From Octopus sinensis (lineage: Eukaryota), in the NCBI RefSeq assembly GCF_006345805.1, contig NC_042999.1, positions 83,948,001 through 84,012,000 of the forward strand: a stretch of 64,000 nucleotides of DNA. Reading direction: 5' to 3'. Of the stretch, positions 17,905 to 29,899 are shown piece by piece (positions within the stretch are counted from its first letter, which is position 1; the number at the start of each line of letters is the position of its first letter). The position numbers were made by a program, and so were the translations under genes. The notes beneath the pieces were generated by a model. The model ran no database searches. It saw only the letters and a list, made by a program, of their open reading frames with translations, and had not been told where the DNA came from.

Positions 17905-18236
17905 TGTGTGCGTGTATGTATGTAAGTAGGAAGTCGACATATCTACTGTTGGTGATCTTGTATGGAAACTGGCGAGTTGTGCAGACCCTGCTGATGAAGC
18001 TTCGGTCTTAAAACCGAAATCGTCGATGGTGCAAGGATTTCAAGAATGCCACTTTCGGCCGTTTACGGTCGCTGTCAGTATGTATGTATATAATTATGTG
18101 CGTTGACTGGATCATCAGAGCACGTTAGCATTATAGGTGTTCTAATACCCTGCGTCATTTTTAATGACAATTATAATTTTCCTTTTTGGAGATACATTGG
18201 TAAATAACTACCTAATTTAAATACGTGTGTGTATTT

Positions 18237-18269
<33 letters not shown>

Positions 18270-18716
18270 TGTTGCCATATGTTTGTAGAATGTACATTTA
18301 TTTTTAACAAGAATTGTATTGTCAGTGACGTCGAAGTTCCGGTTGGCTTGGACAGTCCGGAAGAACAACCAGATTCTAAACTCTAATTAGCCAAAATTTC
18401 CGAAGTCACGATATTATTCTCTTTAATACACAGACACACACACACACATGTATATATATGTGTTTGTGTGTGTGTGATTGTGTGTGTGCGCACACAAACA
18501 CGCATACATGTATATATATACACACATATATATATAGAGAGAGAGAGAAAGAGAGAGTGAGGGAGAGGGAAGGAGAGAGACGGAAAGAGAGAGAGTATAA
18601 AAGGGATAAATTACCCTGGCGGATAACCTAGTATCTCACAAATTGCTATAGATGCCGCTTATCTACAACGGTCCAATTACATAATACTCAAACTCGGATA
18701 TATATATGTGTGTGTG

Positions 18717-18756
<40 letters not shown>

Positions 18757-18765
18757 CACATAACT

Positions 18766-19740
18766 TAGAAAGGTTTAGGCCAGTATTGGTCCAGGCCATG
18801 TCTAACTTAAAAGCACCACCTGGCGAAGTCTTTTAATTCACGGTTTGGGTACCAAGGCCCATTCGAGAAGACAGTTATTGTTTGCGGAGACATATCCGGG
18901 TGTGGGTGGTTTGTCCGAGACTGCTTGCAGGAATTTGTCCAAAGACTTCTTGAATTTTGTGTGGTCAGTTTCTGTTGATTTGATGTGTCCTGGTGTAATG
19001 TTGAAAAGAGCGGGGCCAATTGAGGTGAAATAATTGTGCCGTATTGTTGTTATGAGATGCGATTTAGATTTTTGTTGTCGACGGATGGCACTGTGTCCAA
19101 GTCTTGGGTGTATTTTGAAGGTGATGCCAACATCATTTGGACAGTGCTGATGGAATATTTTCCACATTATACAAATAATGTAGCGTTCACGGCGTAGTTG
19201 GAGTGAATAGAGTTTCAGCTTTTCCGGTCGACCTCAGTAGTCGAGGTCTGACATGTCACCTATGTATTTCGCGATTGTCCTTTGGGGAGATTCAATTTTC
19301 ATAATGTTTTATTTCGTGTAGGGAGACAACAGTGGGCAACAGTATTCAAGGTGGGGTTGGGCAACAGTGGAAAAGAGGGAAGAATAATGGTATGGGAATC
19401 TCTCGACTGAAAGGTTCTGAGAATCTAGGAACACATTCCGCGGGCCATGTCAACTTTGCTGCTTATATGTGTAGCCCAGCTTATGTTGTTCTCCACAGTT
19501 ACCACCAAGTCTCTGATGTTGTTAAATGCCATGAGAATTTCACCACAAGGAAGGGAGTATGGGAGTTTCAGTGCGTCCTCCCTTCCAAAGTGGATCAGTT
19601 GGAATTTGTCTTATTTTAGCAACATGTTGTTCGTTTCCGCTCATTGGACAACAACCAATAGGTCTAACTGAAGGTTTATCCAGTCATCCACGCCATTGAT
19701 GACCTTCTGGAGCTTGGAATCATCAGCAAAGATTCTGATG
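18766..19740 (-). mobile_element. 5'-truncated CR1-like LINE
   Basis: The minus strand reads IRIFADDSKLQK, NNIRDL and KKSLDKFLQAVSDKPPTPGY; ends at (AT)n. Confidence 0.8.
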
Positions 19741-19759
19741 TATATATATATATATATAT

Positions 19760-20690
19760 GGTCCAGGCCATGTCTAACTTAATAGCACCACCTGATATGA
19801 TTATCTAAATCCTGTTTAAGTCAAGTTTTGTTTGTGGTCCATTCAAGTAGTGAGTTTTTGTTGGATGAGTTGTATCCAATTATGGGTGGCTTATCTGGTA
19901 TTCCTTGAATGAATCTATCCAGACTCCGTTTAAAGTTGATGGGATCCTTTTCCTCTTGGATCTCTTTCGGGACAATGCTAAATAGGGCAGGGCCTGTTGA
20001 GGAGAAAAAATTATGTTGCAGTGTACATATATGCTGTGATCCTGAATTGGGCAGGGGACGTATGGCCCGTGGTCCCAGTCTTGGATGAATCTTGAAGCTA
20101 ATGTTCAGGTCGTTTGGGAAAAGTTGGCGGTATATTCTCCACATCGTACAAATGATGTACCGCTCACGGTGGCGCTAGAGAGAGTAGAGTTTCAAGGCTT
20201 TAAGGTGGTCCCAATAATCGAGAGCAGCCATGCCTTCAATTCGTTTAGTGAGTGCCCTCTGGGGTGATTCAATCCTCGAGATGTTTTGTCTTGTATGGGG
20301 AGACCACAGTGGGCAGCAGTATTCGAGGTGTCGCCGTACAAAGGAGGAGAAAAGTGGTATGATGACACCTTGTTCTCTGAACCAGAAGGTTCTTAAGATC
20401 CAGGAACTCATCATACGAGCTATATCGACCTTATTGTTGATGTGGGCACTCCAACTGAGATTGTCATTGACAATTATGCCCAGGTCTCTGATATTGTTAG
20501 AGGCTGTGAGCGGTTCCCCTGAAGGAAGAGAGTATGGCTGTTTTAGTGTGGACTTTCTTCCAAAATGCATCAGCTCAAATTTTCCCTCGTTCAGTTGCAT
20601 TTTGTTTCTGTCTGCCCATTGACTCACAGCAAATAGATCAGACTGGAGTTGAGTTCGGTCTGCTCCTTCATTGATGATTTGCTGGAGCTT
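19760..20690 (-). mobile_element. 5'-truncated CR1-like LINE, related subfamily
   Basis: LQSDLFAVSQWADRNKMQLN, NIRDLGIIVNDNLSW, VRRHLEYCCPLWSP and FKRSLDRFIQGIPDKPP; shares the 3' UTR ggtccaggccatgtctaacttaa. Confidence 0.85.
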
Positions 20691-20992
20691 ATATATATAT
20701 ATATATATGTTTCTGTATTCCATTATTGTTTTTTGTTTTTTTTATATCTGTCCCTTTTGCTGTCCTGGTGTTCGTATGCATTCGATCCTTCTTCCAGGAA
20801 ATCTACGCTTCCAGCTTAGTTTTTCTTGGAGGGCTGGCCGTGATCTAGTAATCTCAAGATTAATCAGCCGAAATTACTACGATGATCCGGTTCTTGACTG
20901 AAGACTGAGGGGTTCGAATGTCCTGTCCATGTTTATTGTATCGTCTTCTATGAGTTATACGTTCTTGTCCATGTTGTATTTTTCTACATACC

Positions 20993-21042
<50 letters not shown>

Positions 21043-21112
21043 GGCACTCCAACTGAGATTGTCATTTATCACCCTAAAATGTAGGTCACACAAATACCTT
21101 ATACACATTTCT

Positions 21113-21478
21113 TTTATTCTTTTATTGTTTCAGCCATATGACTGCGGCCGTGCTGGATCACCGTCTTTAGTCGAAGAAATCGACCCCAGGACTTATTCTT
21201 ATCGGTCTCTTTTGCAGAACCGGTAAGTTACGAGGACGGAAACACACTAACATCGGTTTTCAAGCGATGGTGGGAGGACAAACACAGACACACAAACATA
21301 TATATATATATATATACGACAGGCTTCTTTCAGTCTCCGTCTACCAAATCCACTCACAAGTCTTCGGTCGAACCGAGTCTATAGTAGAAGACACTTGCCC
21401 AAGGTGCCACGCAGTGGGACTGAACTGGGAACTATATGATTTATAAGCAAGCTACTTACCACACAGCCACATACTTGC
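21113..21478 (-). mobile_element. SINE family S1, full length
   Basis: Reverse complement of 1711-2143. Confidence 0.85.
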
Positions 21479-21533
21479 ACACACACACACACGCACACAC
21501 ACACAGACACGCACACACACACACACACACACG

Positions 21534-21577
<44 letters not shown>

Positions 21578-21879
21578 TAACTTTACAGTATTTTGTTTTC
21601 TTTGTAAATCAGAAATGATAGAATGTATCGACAATATATAAATTTTGCCAACTGACATGAGACACTTGATATTTATTGAAATCAAAATCATTCATTTTAC
21701 TAGATCAAAGAACGCAAAACAAAAAAGTATTTATTCATCACTAAAACTTTCCGACCAATATTGCTGCCATGATTTTCTTGATATGTTTTAATCTTTTTAA
21801 TCTTACTGTCAACAAGTTTTTTTTTTCGATAAATTTGACTTATATATGTACCATTCCTTCTGAAGCATCGCAAATTTAT

Positions 21880-22250
21880 TTTTCATCATTCAAGTGTTCT
21901 GGAATCAAAATTTGACTTAATGACGTGTCATAAATTTACAATACGTTACAGATCTGGAGGCTGTCCAGACTAAAACAAAGTCTCAATTTCATGATCTTGT
22001 AGAAACTTTTTAATTAATTTGGCAAAATGAGCAGGAGAATTATCACGTTGGTATAGCGCCAGTATATCTTCGTTGACTTGGCTGATTTGTAGTGGGTAGA
22101 AAATACTTTTGTTAATTTCTTCCATATAATATCTTCCATTCAATGTAGGAAATGTGTATCTAAACCCGTCAACAGACGGAACCTCCACATCATTATGTTC
22201 CTATCACTGAATCAAATTTTAATTTGATTTCCTCCAAATATATAAATGGT
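21880..22250 (-). mobile_element. Degraded Tc1/mariner transposase fragment
   Basis: LYQRDNSPAHFAKLIKKFL followed by *SGQPPDL*RIVNL, matching the QDNAPxH and WPxxSPDLNxIENxW motifs. Confidence 0.65.
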
Positions 22251-22419
22251 AGCGATACCGGAAAAGTGAGAAATTTAAAATTGCCGATAAAATGAAACTT
22301 TGGAAGGAAAACGATTTATAACTTAAGTTTTCATTAACAAATGCAACTAGTGATCTCAGATTCATTGCAGTTGTTGATTTCGCTCAGATGTTTTTTAACC
22401 TCAAAACAGCACTAGTTGT

Positions 22420-23884
22420 CAAAACCAATTTTGAAAGGGGTACAGCCAAACCTTTCGATTGTCGCTGGGACGCGAATCTTCTAGTAAAACTGCTTCCCTA
22501 TTTGTTACCGCCTCTTTCATTGTTCGGTAATCTACCGTTAGATCGCAATGTTGAAGCAGGAGCTGAGGGATTTCTATCTAGCCCACACTTTATTAACACC
22601 TTTGTGTCTCTGGATCGGTTTTGTACCCCACATCATTCTTGCTATATACATCAATAGTCTACATTCTATCGCCTCATACAACACCCAGTCTTATATATAT
22701 ATTTCAAATGGCAGCTCTAAAATTGGACCTCATGCATTTGAAACATCACGATCGCTTCATATAATAGGTTCACTAGTATTTATAATCTCTTCTATCAAAT
22801 ATTCATTCTAAACATGACAAAGTATGTTCCACAATGATTGGCCTTCCTCTTTAGAGCCACAACCATTAATCATTTGCACTTTAATAGTTAAGGTGAGACC
22901 ACAACGAATTTCTGCTCTCACATCAAGGTCAGTGCTGCTGTTACGCATATAATATACTAATTCGAATGCTAAGTAAAGCTATTCATCTAATTAGAATGAA
23001 TGCATTTGCTAAAATACTTTAAATTCTCTCTCACAAATGTTCTGTCGTTTTTGTCTGCTATTTGTAAAGGTACAGCAAGTACATCTCTTTAGAGGTGGAT
23101 GATTTCTTGCCTACTCCAAAGTTTCACTCATCAATTTACCAAGCTGCTCTCAGTATGATGGCAAGTTCTTTGCTCCCCATAATGTCACCTCTATAGATTT
23201 TTTTTCTATACAATCATCTGCTTGCAAATACTTAAGGGGAATTCTCACGGCATTAATTTTACCGATTGTGGGATCTGGAATCGTTGGGGGAGTTGGGCCC
23301 TCTCTTTAGGACAAATGGAAAATGAAGGAAAATAAAGGACCTGACAATAAGCTATATTTTCAAACAATTTGATCCATCATTGTATTATTCAATGTCACAT
23401 TACACTTTTTAAGACTACAGGGTTGTGCCTTGAAGGAAGATTTTGCTGCTGCCACTAACAATTCTAGATAACTTTTTCCGCTGAGTTTTACATCTCTTAG
23501 CATTTACATGCTAAATTGAAAGCAAGAATTTGCCAAATACAATTGTACTTGTCGATCGTTAGCTCAGAGTTGGTTAAGACTTTAGATACAAAGCGTTCAG
23601 ATGCTGCTATGTCGAATTCCAGGATTACATTATCAAATACGTTCGTTTCATATGGGGATATAACTGCTATCTCTAGCAGGTCTACGGACAAAGAAGAAGC
23701 TTCTGTGTTTCTGAACTTAGTTGTTCTGGCTATTGATTCTCTAGATTTTTCGTGTAGCATTCTATGTAAGGTACTTAATAATACATATAATTTACATCCT
23801 TTTATCTTCTGAAGATTTGACCTTTGTCTTGAAGGTGAAGAGTCACTGGAGGTTGGCAAATGTTTACTTTTTGGGGGAAGGCAT
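22420..23884 (-). pseudogene. Putative degenerate intron-less reading frame of unknown family
   Basis: 120 open codons (23497-23859) can be extended by hand through about 10 stops and at least 4 frameshifts into protein-like text; no motif recognised. Confidence 0.3.
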
Positions 23885-24142
23885 GAAAAATGAAAACAAA
23901 TAATTACATCACGTTTAAAAGAAATAAAGTATTATGTAATTACATAAAACACGATAAAATAATAATGAACTTTAATTAGGCAGAAATATTGAACTCAAAT
24001 TTTAATAGAAAAATCGAAGTGAACTAAGAAAACTGAAATCAAAGAACAAAACATTTAATAATAACAATATCTAAGCACTTTTTATCAAAGAGAAAAATAA
24101 TATAGCAAACTGCTAATAAAATCCTCGTTATTTAATTCTAAA

Positions 24143-24456
24143 GACTCCGCCGGTTCGACGACGAGGGTCCCACTGATACGATCACGGAACAGCTTGCTCG
24201 TGAAATTAACGTGCAAATGGCTGAGCATTCAACAGACACGGTCCCCTTAACGTAGTTCTCGAGATAATCAGCGTGACACAGAAGTGACAAGGCTGACCCT
24301 TTGAATACAAGTACAACTCATTTTTGCCAGCTGAGTGGACTGGAGCAACGTGAAATAAAGTGTCTTGCTCAAGGACACAACGCGTCACCGGGAATCGAAC
24401 TCACAACCTTACGATCATGAGCCGAATGCCCTAACCACTAAGCCACGCGCCCTCAC
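24143..24456 (-). mobile_element. tRNA-derived CORE-type SINE family S3 with 12-bp TSD
   Basis: Reverse complement of 55273-55593; cgttatttaatt at 24126-24137 and 24457-24468. Confidence 0.9.
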
Positions 24457-24755
24457 CGTTATTTAATTATAACATGAAACACTAATGTCTGCAATGATTT
24501 TGCTTTCCAAAAATCAAGAATCCATGCTTTAGCAAGTGGTCTATAGTTACTTATACGGGTGAAACTGGAAGTATGTATTGATGCATTTAACCTATCTACA
24601 TGCGAGTGAACATGCATCTTCGTGTGTATAAGCTTAACTTTCTCTCTCTATCTCCCTCTCTCTGTCTGTCTATCTCTTTCTCTCTCTCTCTCTCTCTCCC
24701 TCTTTAGATAGATAGGTAGGTATATAGATAGATATATAGACAGACAGACAGACAG

Positions 24756-24788
<33 letters not shown>

Positions 24789-24792
24789 TATA

Positions 24793-24824
<32 letters not shown>

Positions 24825-24830
24825 GAGAGA

Positions 24831-24866
<36 letters not shown>

Positions 24867-25441
24867 AGATACCCCCAACAAACACGTGAGAAAACAGCGT
24901 TACCACTATTTATTAACACGTTGGTTGCACTCCAGAGTGATCAAAGTTTTGGCAACAGAGTGAAAATAAACAAAGTTTTTAAGTGAAGATATTTGTGGAT
25001 ATAAACTTAGCTCAGTATGCCTAAATGAAATGACAAAACAGTATCAACAGATAGGAAATGAATGCACAGAATATTTTCTCTTCTCTCTCATGTATCGAGA
25101 TGAATTTGTCTCACGGTGTCAGATTGCCTATAAGTTCGTTCGCGACGTAGAGTGATAAGCGCAAATGAGTCTGATTATATTCTTTTGTACTCTAGGCACA
25201 AGGCTCAAAACTTTTAGGTTGGGGGCCAGTCGATTAGATCGACCCCCAGTACGCAGCTACTACTTAATTTATAGACCCGGAAAGGATGAAAGGCAAAGTC
25301 GACCTCGGCAGAATTTGAACTCCAGCTCGCCACCTTGAGTTTGATTATATTTTGTAGCTGATGGTTAGCACTGATAGACCAAACTAATGGTGATAGGCAA
25401 ATGGCGAATAGTCTAAGAGTAAGCAGGTATTGCCTAGCGAA

Positions 25442-25672
25442 GGCGGCGAGCTGGCAGAAACGTTAAACACGCCGGGCGAAATGCGTAGCCGTATTTCGTC
25501 TGCCGTTACGTTGAGTTCAAATTCCGCCGAGGTGGACTTTGCCTTTCAACCTTTCGAGGTCGATAAATAAAGTACCAGTTACGCACTGGGGTCGATATAA
25601 TCGACTTAATCCGTTTGTCTGTCCTTGTTTGTCCCCTCTGTGTTTAGCCCCTTGTGGGTAGTAAAGAAATAA
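25442..25672 (+). mobile_element. SINE family S2, full length
   Basis: ggcggcgagctggcagaaacgtt head, B-box-like gagttcaaattc, central gcctttca.cctttcgaggtcgataaa block (tentatively Meta/MESC-like), tail gtagtaaagaaata. Confidence 0.9.
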
Positions 25673-25924
25673 GTATTGCCTATCGTGCGACTACTACGGA
25701 TCAGCTATAAGTAAAATGTTAGCAGTGCATTCATAGTCAGTAGTTCCAATTACATAAACAAGATTTTCCTTTACTATTGAGGCTGCATTGAGTCCCTAAT
25801 TCAATATTTTTTCGGTACTTTACTTTTCTTTATACGGTGCCGATTTGCTCTTTATTTTAGATTGGTCGCAGCCTTCTAAAATCTACTTCTGAGCATTCTA
25901 TATCTTATCGCTATTGAAAACGAA

Positions 25925-26290
25925 TAATTCATCCCCACATCTTTGAACAAAGAGGCTTTTGTCAAACTCTGGCTTGATAAGGTCGCTGATGGAAGGCGAA
26001 ATGTACGGCAGCAGGATTTAGCTCCATGTCTTACCTCCGGAAGGAATCATAAGTGGTTGCCCAAGAATTTCTACGACTTTCCCAGCCCCAATTTCTGACC
26101 TCCTATTGTAATCCTATGGGTTAATATGTGTGCGGTGCAGTTGAGAAACACACCAACAATTCTGCCTGCAACATCAAAGCTGTGCTGGTACTCAAGATGA
26201 AGATGTTCGAAAACTTTTCTCGGGAAATATAGAGGAACGTATACGCCAGGCTCCGGAGCTGTCTTGAAACCGGGATAGACCTCTGAGCAC
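25925..26290 (+). mobile_element. Degraded Tc1/mariner-superfamily transposase C-terminal fragment
   Basis: The plus strand reads WLDKVADGR..RQQDLAPCLTSGRNHKWLPKNFYDFPSPNF*PP, then YVCGAVEKHTN, matching WQQDSAPCH...WPPxSPDxNP. Confidence 0.6.
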
Positions 26291-26842
26291 GTCTACTATG
26301 AGTATACTGTGATCTCTAACGCTTAATCTAGTTAATATATTTTTTATGTTCTGAAATACTTTTATTTTTGAACGGGATAGTGTATTCGCTTTTCTTCTTA
26401 TGCAAACTGTCAAATTTAACTCGAACATCCTGTACATATATGCATAAACACACGCATGCGCATACATATATGTTTACTATTACGTAACACTACGTACACA
26501 TAGCTCATAAAGCTTTTACTTTACATTTCAATTTTTAACTCTCTCCAATCCACATAAATTTATATTGTCGTAACAGTATTTATCTCTTTAGTCAATTTTT
26601 ATGGCATATAATTTTAACAACATAAATTTTTACAACGTATAATTTTGTTAACAGAAAAAAAAAGAAAAATATTAAAAGTACATTCAAGTGAAAGCATACA
26701 AACTGCAACATCTCACATTTCCAAATTTCGATGGAAAGTGTATAATCGGCCTGAATAGTCAAACATACAATCAGCAACGTCTGTCCTAACACGCAAATCC
26801 CTTACATATTAAAGCCTTATTTCGTTTTTACATATACGTATT

Positions 26843-27059
26843 TACGAGGGGTTACTGAAAATTTCTTGCCTTTAAGGGTTTCGGGAATGGCCTGGTTGGA
26901 GGTCCAACCTTCCGACTTCTTTTATAAAGCATAGATAAATTGAAGGACCACTGCAGTCTGTGAATCTGAGAGAGAAATATGTTGAATAAAATCATAATTA
27001 ACTGAGCCTCCTGTATTTTCTTTTACCTAAAGTCAGGAGCTTTTCAACACTACCTCGTA
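26843..27059 (+). mobile_element. Mariner deletion derivative / MITE
   Basis: Ends tacgaggggttactgaaaa / ttttcaacactacctcgta, TA-flanked; internal text QSVNLREKYVE* resembles the mariner C-terminus. Confidence 0.7.
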
Positions 27060-28876
27060 TATAAAACTGCATAATTTTATATATATAATCACATAATAAT
27101 TTTGATGTATCATCTATTACTTAATCTACATTCAATAGATAAACTGTATGGTGTGAGATAAACAAGATTACATTGGTATAAATTCGAACCCCTTATAGTA
27201 CCCATCATTTATAAATTTCGCTGAGATGCGTCTTGATCGAATGAGTTTGAACATTTGACCACGCCATGTAGACCATTATACATTTACCACCGATTCTTAG
27301 ATTACTTCGAAAGGTCGATCGGCGTAAAAATTTAGTAACCTACTATTCACCCACTCCGGATAACAGCAAGAAAACGCGAGATTTCCTTTTTTTCTTAGCT
27401 TCCATTTCTTCTCTTTTTTTTCCCACCACACTTCTACTGATTCCCTAGGCTTTTGCCTTCATATTCTAAACAACGGATCGTCTTAACCACGTTGCGTATC
27501 CAGTCTGATGAACGCAAAAGTGAATTTCAAATAGTACGACGTAAGGTATCAACTGCTATAACGATATTACATACATATATTCATGCATACATACAATGAT
27601 ATCGTCGTATACAGACACGTTCGCAGAGAGGACTATTGATTTTCCCTTATACTGAATACTATCCCTTATAATTTTTGATATCAATGCAAGCGTGGCGACA
27701 GAAATGGTTATCTTCTTCGAGTAAATGTAAAGAAAGTAATTAAATAGTGAAATATATAGGACGTGGAAAATTATTATACATACACCATGATGACAAAAGA
27801 ATGGGAGTTATCGAGGAAAGTTCCAGAGGACTTTCGATCTGAACCAAGACCTATATTGAATCTACAGAAAGGCTACGGAAGCTCCTTAGATAGGCTACAT
27901 TAAGAAACTTAAAGAAATACCGAACATTCTTAAATTCTTCAGAAAAACAACATTTGTTGAAAAGAAATATTACACTCTACCAAATAAAATCACTCAGCCA
28001 ATATGCACAAATAATAACACTCGTATTAACAATACAGTATTTTTTTCAGAGAAGAGACTGTGAACGAAAAGAAACATGGACAATTGGATTACAACCATTA
28101 CAAACTGCCACAGGCTACACGGACATGTAGCAATCACGATCTCACAGAAACATCAGCTACTAAAATCGCAGTTTGCATCGAAGTTCAAGCAGACTTCACC
28201 ACTTACATGCATAAGGCCTACATGAGAGAACGATACATGTGAACTGTAAATGTTACAATTAGATTGTTTTACATTTTATGTACTGAACACAGCTCGGTAC
28301 TAATGTAATTTGGAGGCAATTTATATAATTATTATTATACTGGTTACACAGACTGCTATTGCCAAAATTTTTAATATCATACCCCATTTAATCCACTTCA
28401 GCGTCCTTACATTTTGAAAATTTTTCAGGTCTATTATGTTTGTTAGAAACATGAGACTTATTAGACTTCAGTTTCCTTTTCTGACGTACATGAGATCTTG
28501 AGATTAGTTTTGATCTTGTCATTCCTAACAGACATAACACTTCAGATACAGAGTTTAAACCGATTTTATGAGAATCCATATTAATTCTGTTGTGTAGAAG
28601 ATTCTACACAAAACCCAAGGCCTGTAGCTATCTACTTGGTGTGATCTCTCTATATAAGTATAATTAGAAGAAAGAAAGTGTTTTCATCCCCTCTAATTCT
28701 TTGAATTTATGTAATCTGAGTAAGCTTGCTCTACAAAATATATATTTATCTATACGTTAGTGTTTATCATCTGAAAATTTTGAGTCTACCTTCTCTTTTT
28801 ACATCTATAATCGTATATATATTTTGAACATATTTTATCTGTTTATTTGAATCATTGTCTCCCTCCCTCTACTCTT

Positions 28877-28991
<115 letters not shown>

Positions 28992-28993
28992 AT

Positions 28994-29062
<69 letters not shown>

Positions 29063-29899
29063 GGGCTAGTATAGTTAGAAGTTGCAATAACAGTCTAAGG
29101 GATAAACGTATCCGTTATACTACCAGTATAATTACCTATGTTAACCTTGAACAAATATATGCAGGCATATTATGCTCATAGGTTACAGGTAATGAAAAAC
29201 ATAAACATGAGCTTATCAAGAATCAAATTTAAAGTAAACAGAAAATGGAGAAATATTGATCAGCAACAACTGACTCATATAAATTTTTATTTTTTAATTC
29301 AATACAAATAGACAGTATCCCATCTAACGGCTGTTTCTGCTTTCAATATTATATTGTATTGCCATTGATACTCTAACAATAATTTTCATCATATTTGGTA
29401 ATAAATCCGATCTGGAACATGGAGCTTCATCAGAGTGAAGAAAAATACATACTTAAAAGAAAAGGGAAGAATAGAAAAGAAGAGCCTTGAGAGGAAAAGG
29501 AAAGGCTTAATATGTTTAAATCATACCATTTTGCTTATGTGTCGCTTTGGGACGTTGAGTAAATGACTAAACTTAAAATAGTAATTGGTGGGTTAATTTT
29601 TCTAGTGGGATAATAGGTATGTTTGTCTTTACTAGGACTGATCAGCTGGGGATAGGATGAAAAAATATATTTTTTATATGCTGCAAACGTATTCTACTGT
29701 TCAAGTGAGGTATTTATCTTTTTTTTAAATGTTTCTGAGAAAAAAAACATTGGCCATGTGCATCGAAAGTCCGACCTTATGTTTTCTACTTTTGTACATA
29801 CATTTTGAACAATTCCTGGTTTTTATATCACCTCTTTCGTCTCCCTCGTGGATTTTCATTCTATTTCTTTTTATTTAAAAGTTTTAATCAATATACTTT

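Noticed and set aside
27505-27530. CTGATGA with a short hairpin (also 51764, 55179, 62993)
   Set aside because: No properly placed GAAA...NUH and no stem I.
28048-28600. Short ORFs 28060-28242 (+) and 28388-28579 (-) as terminal exons
   Set aside because: No recognisable domain, opposite strands, and lengths compatible with chance.
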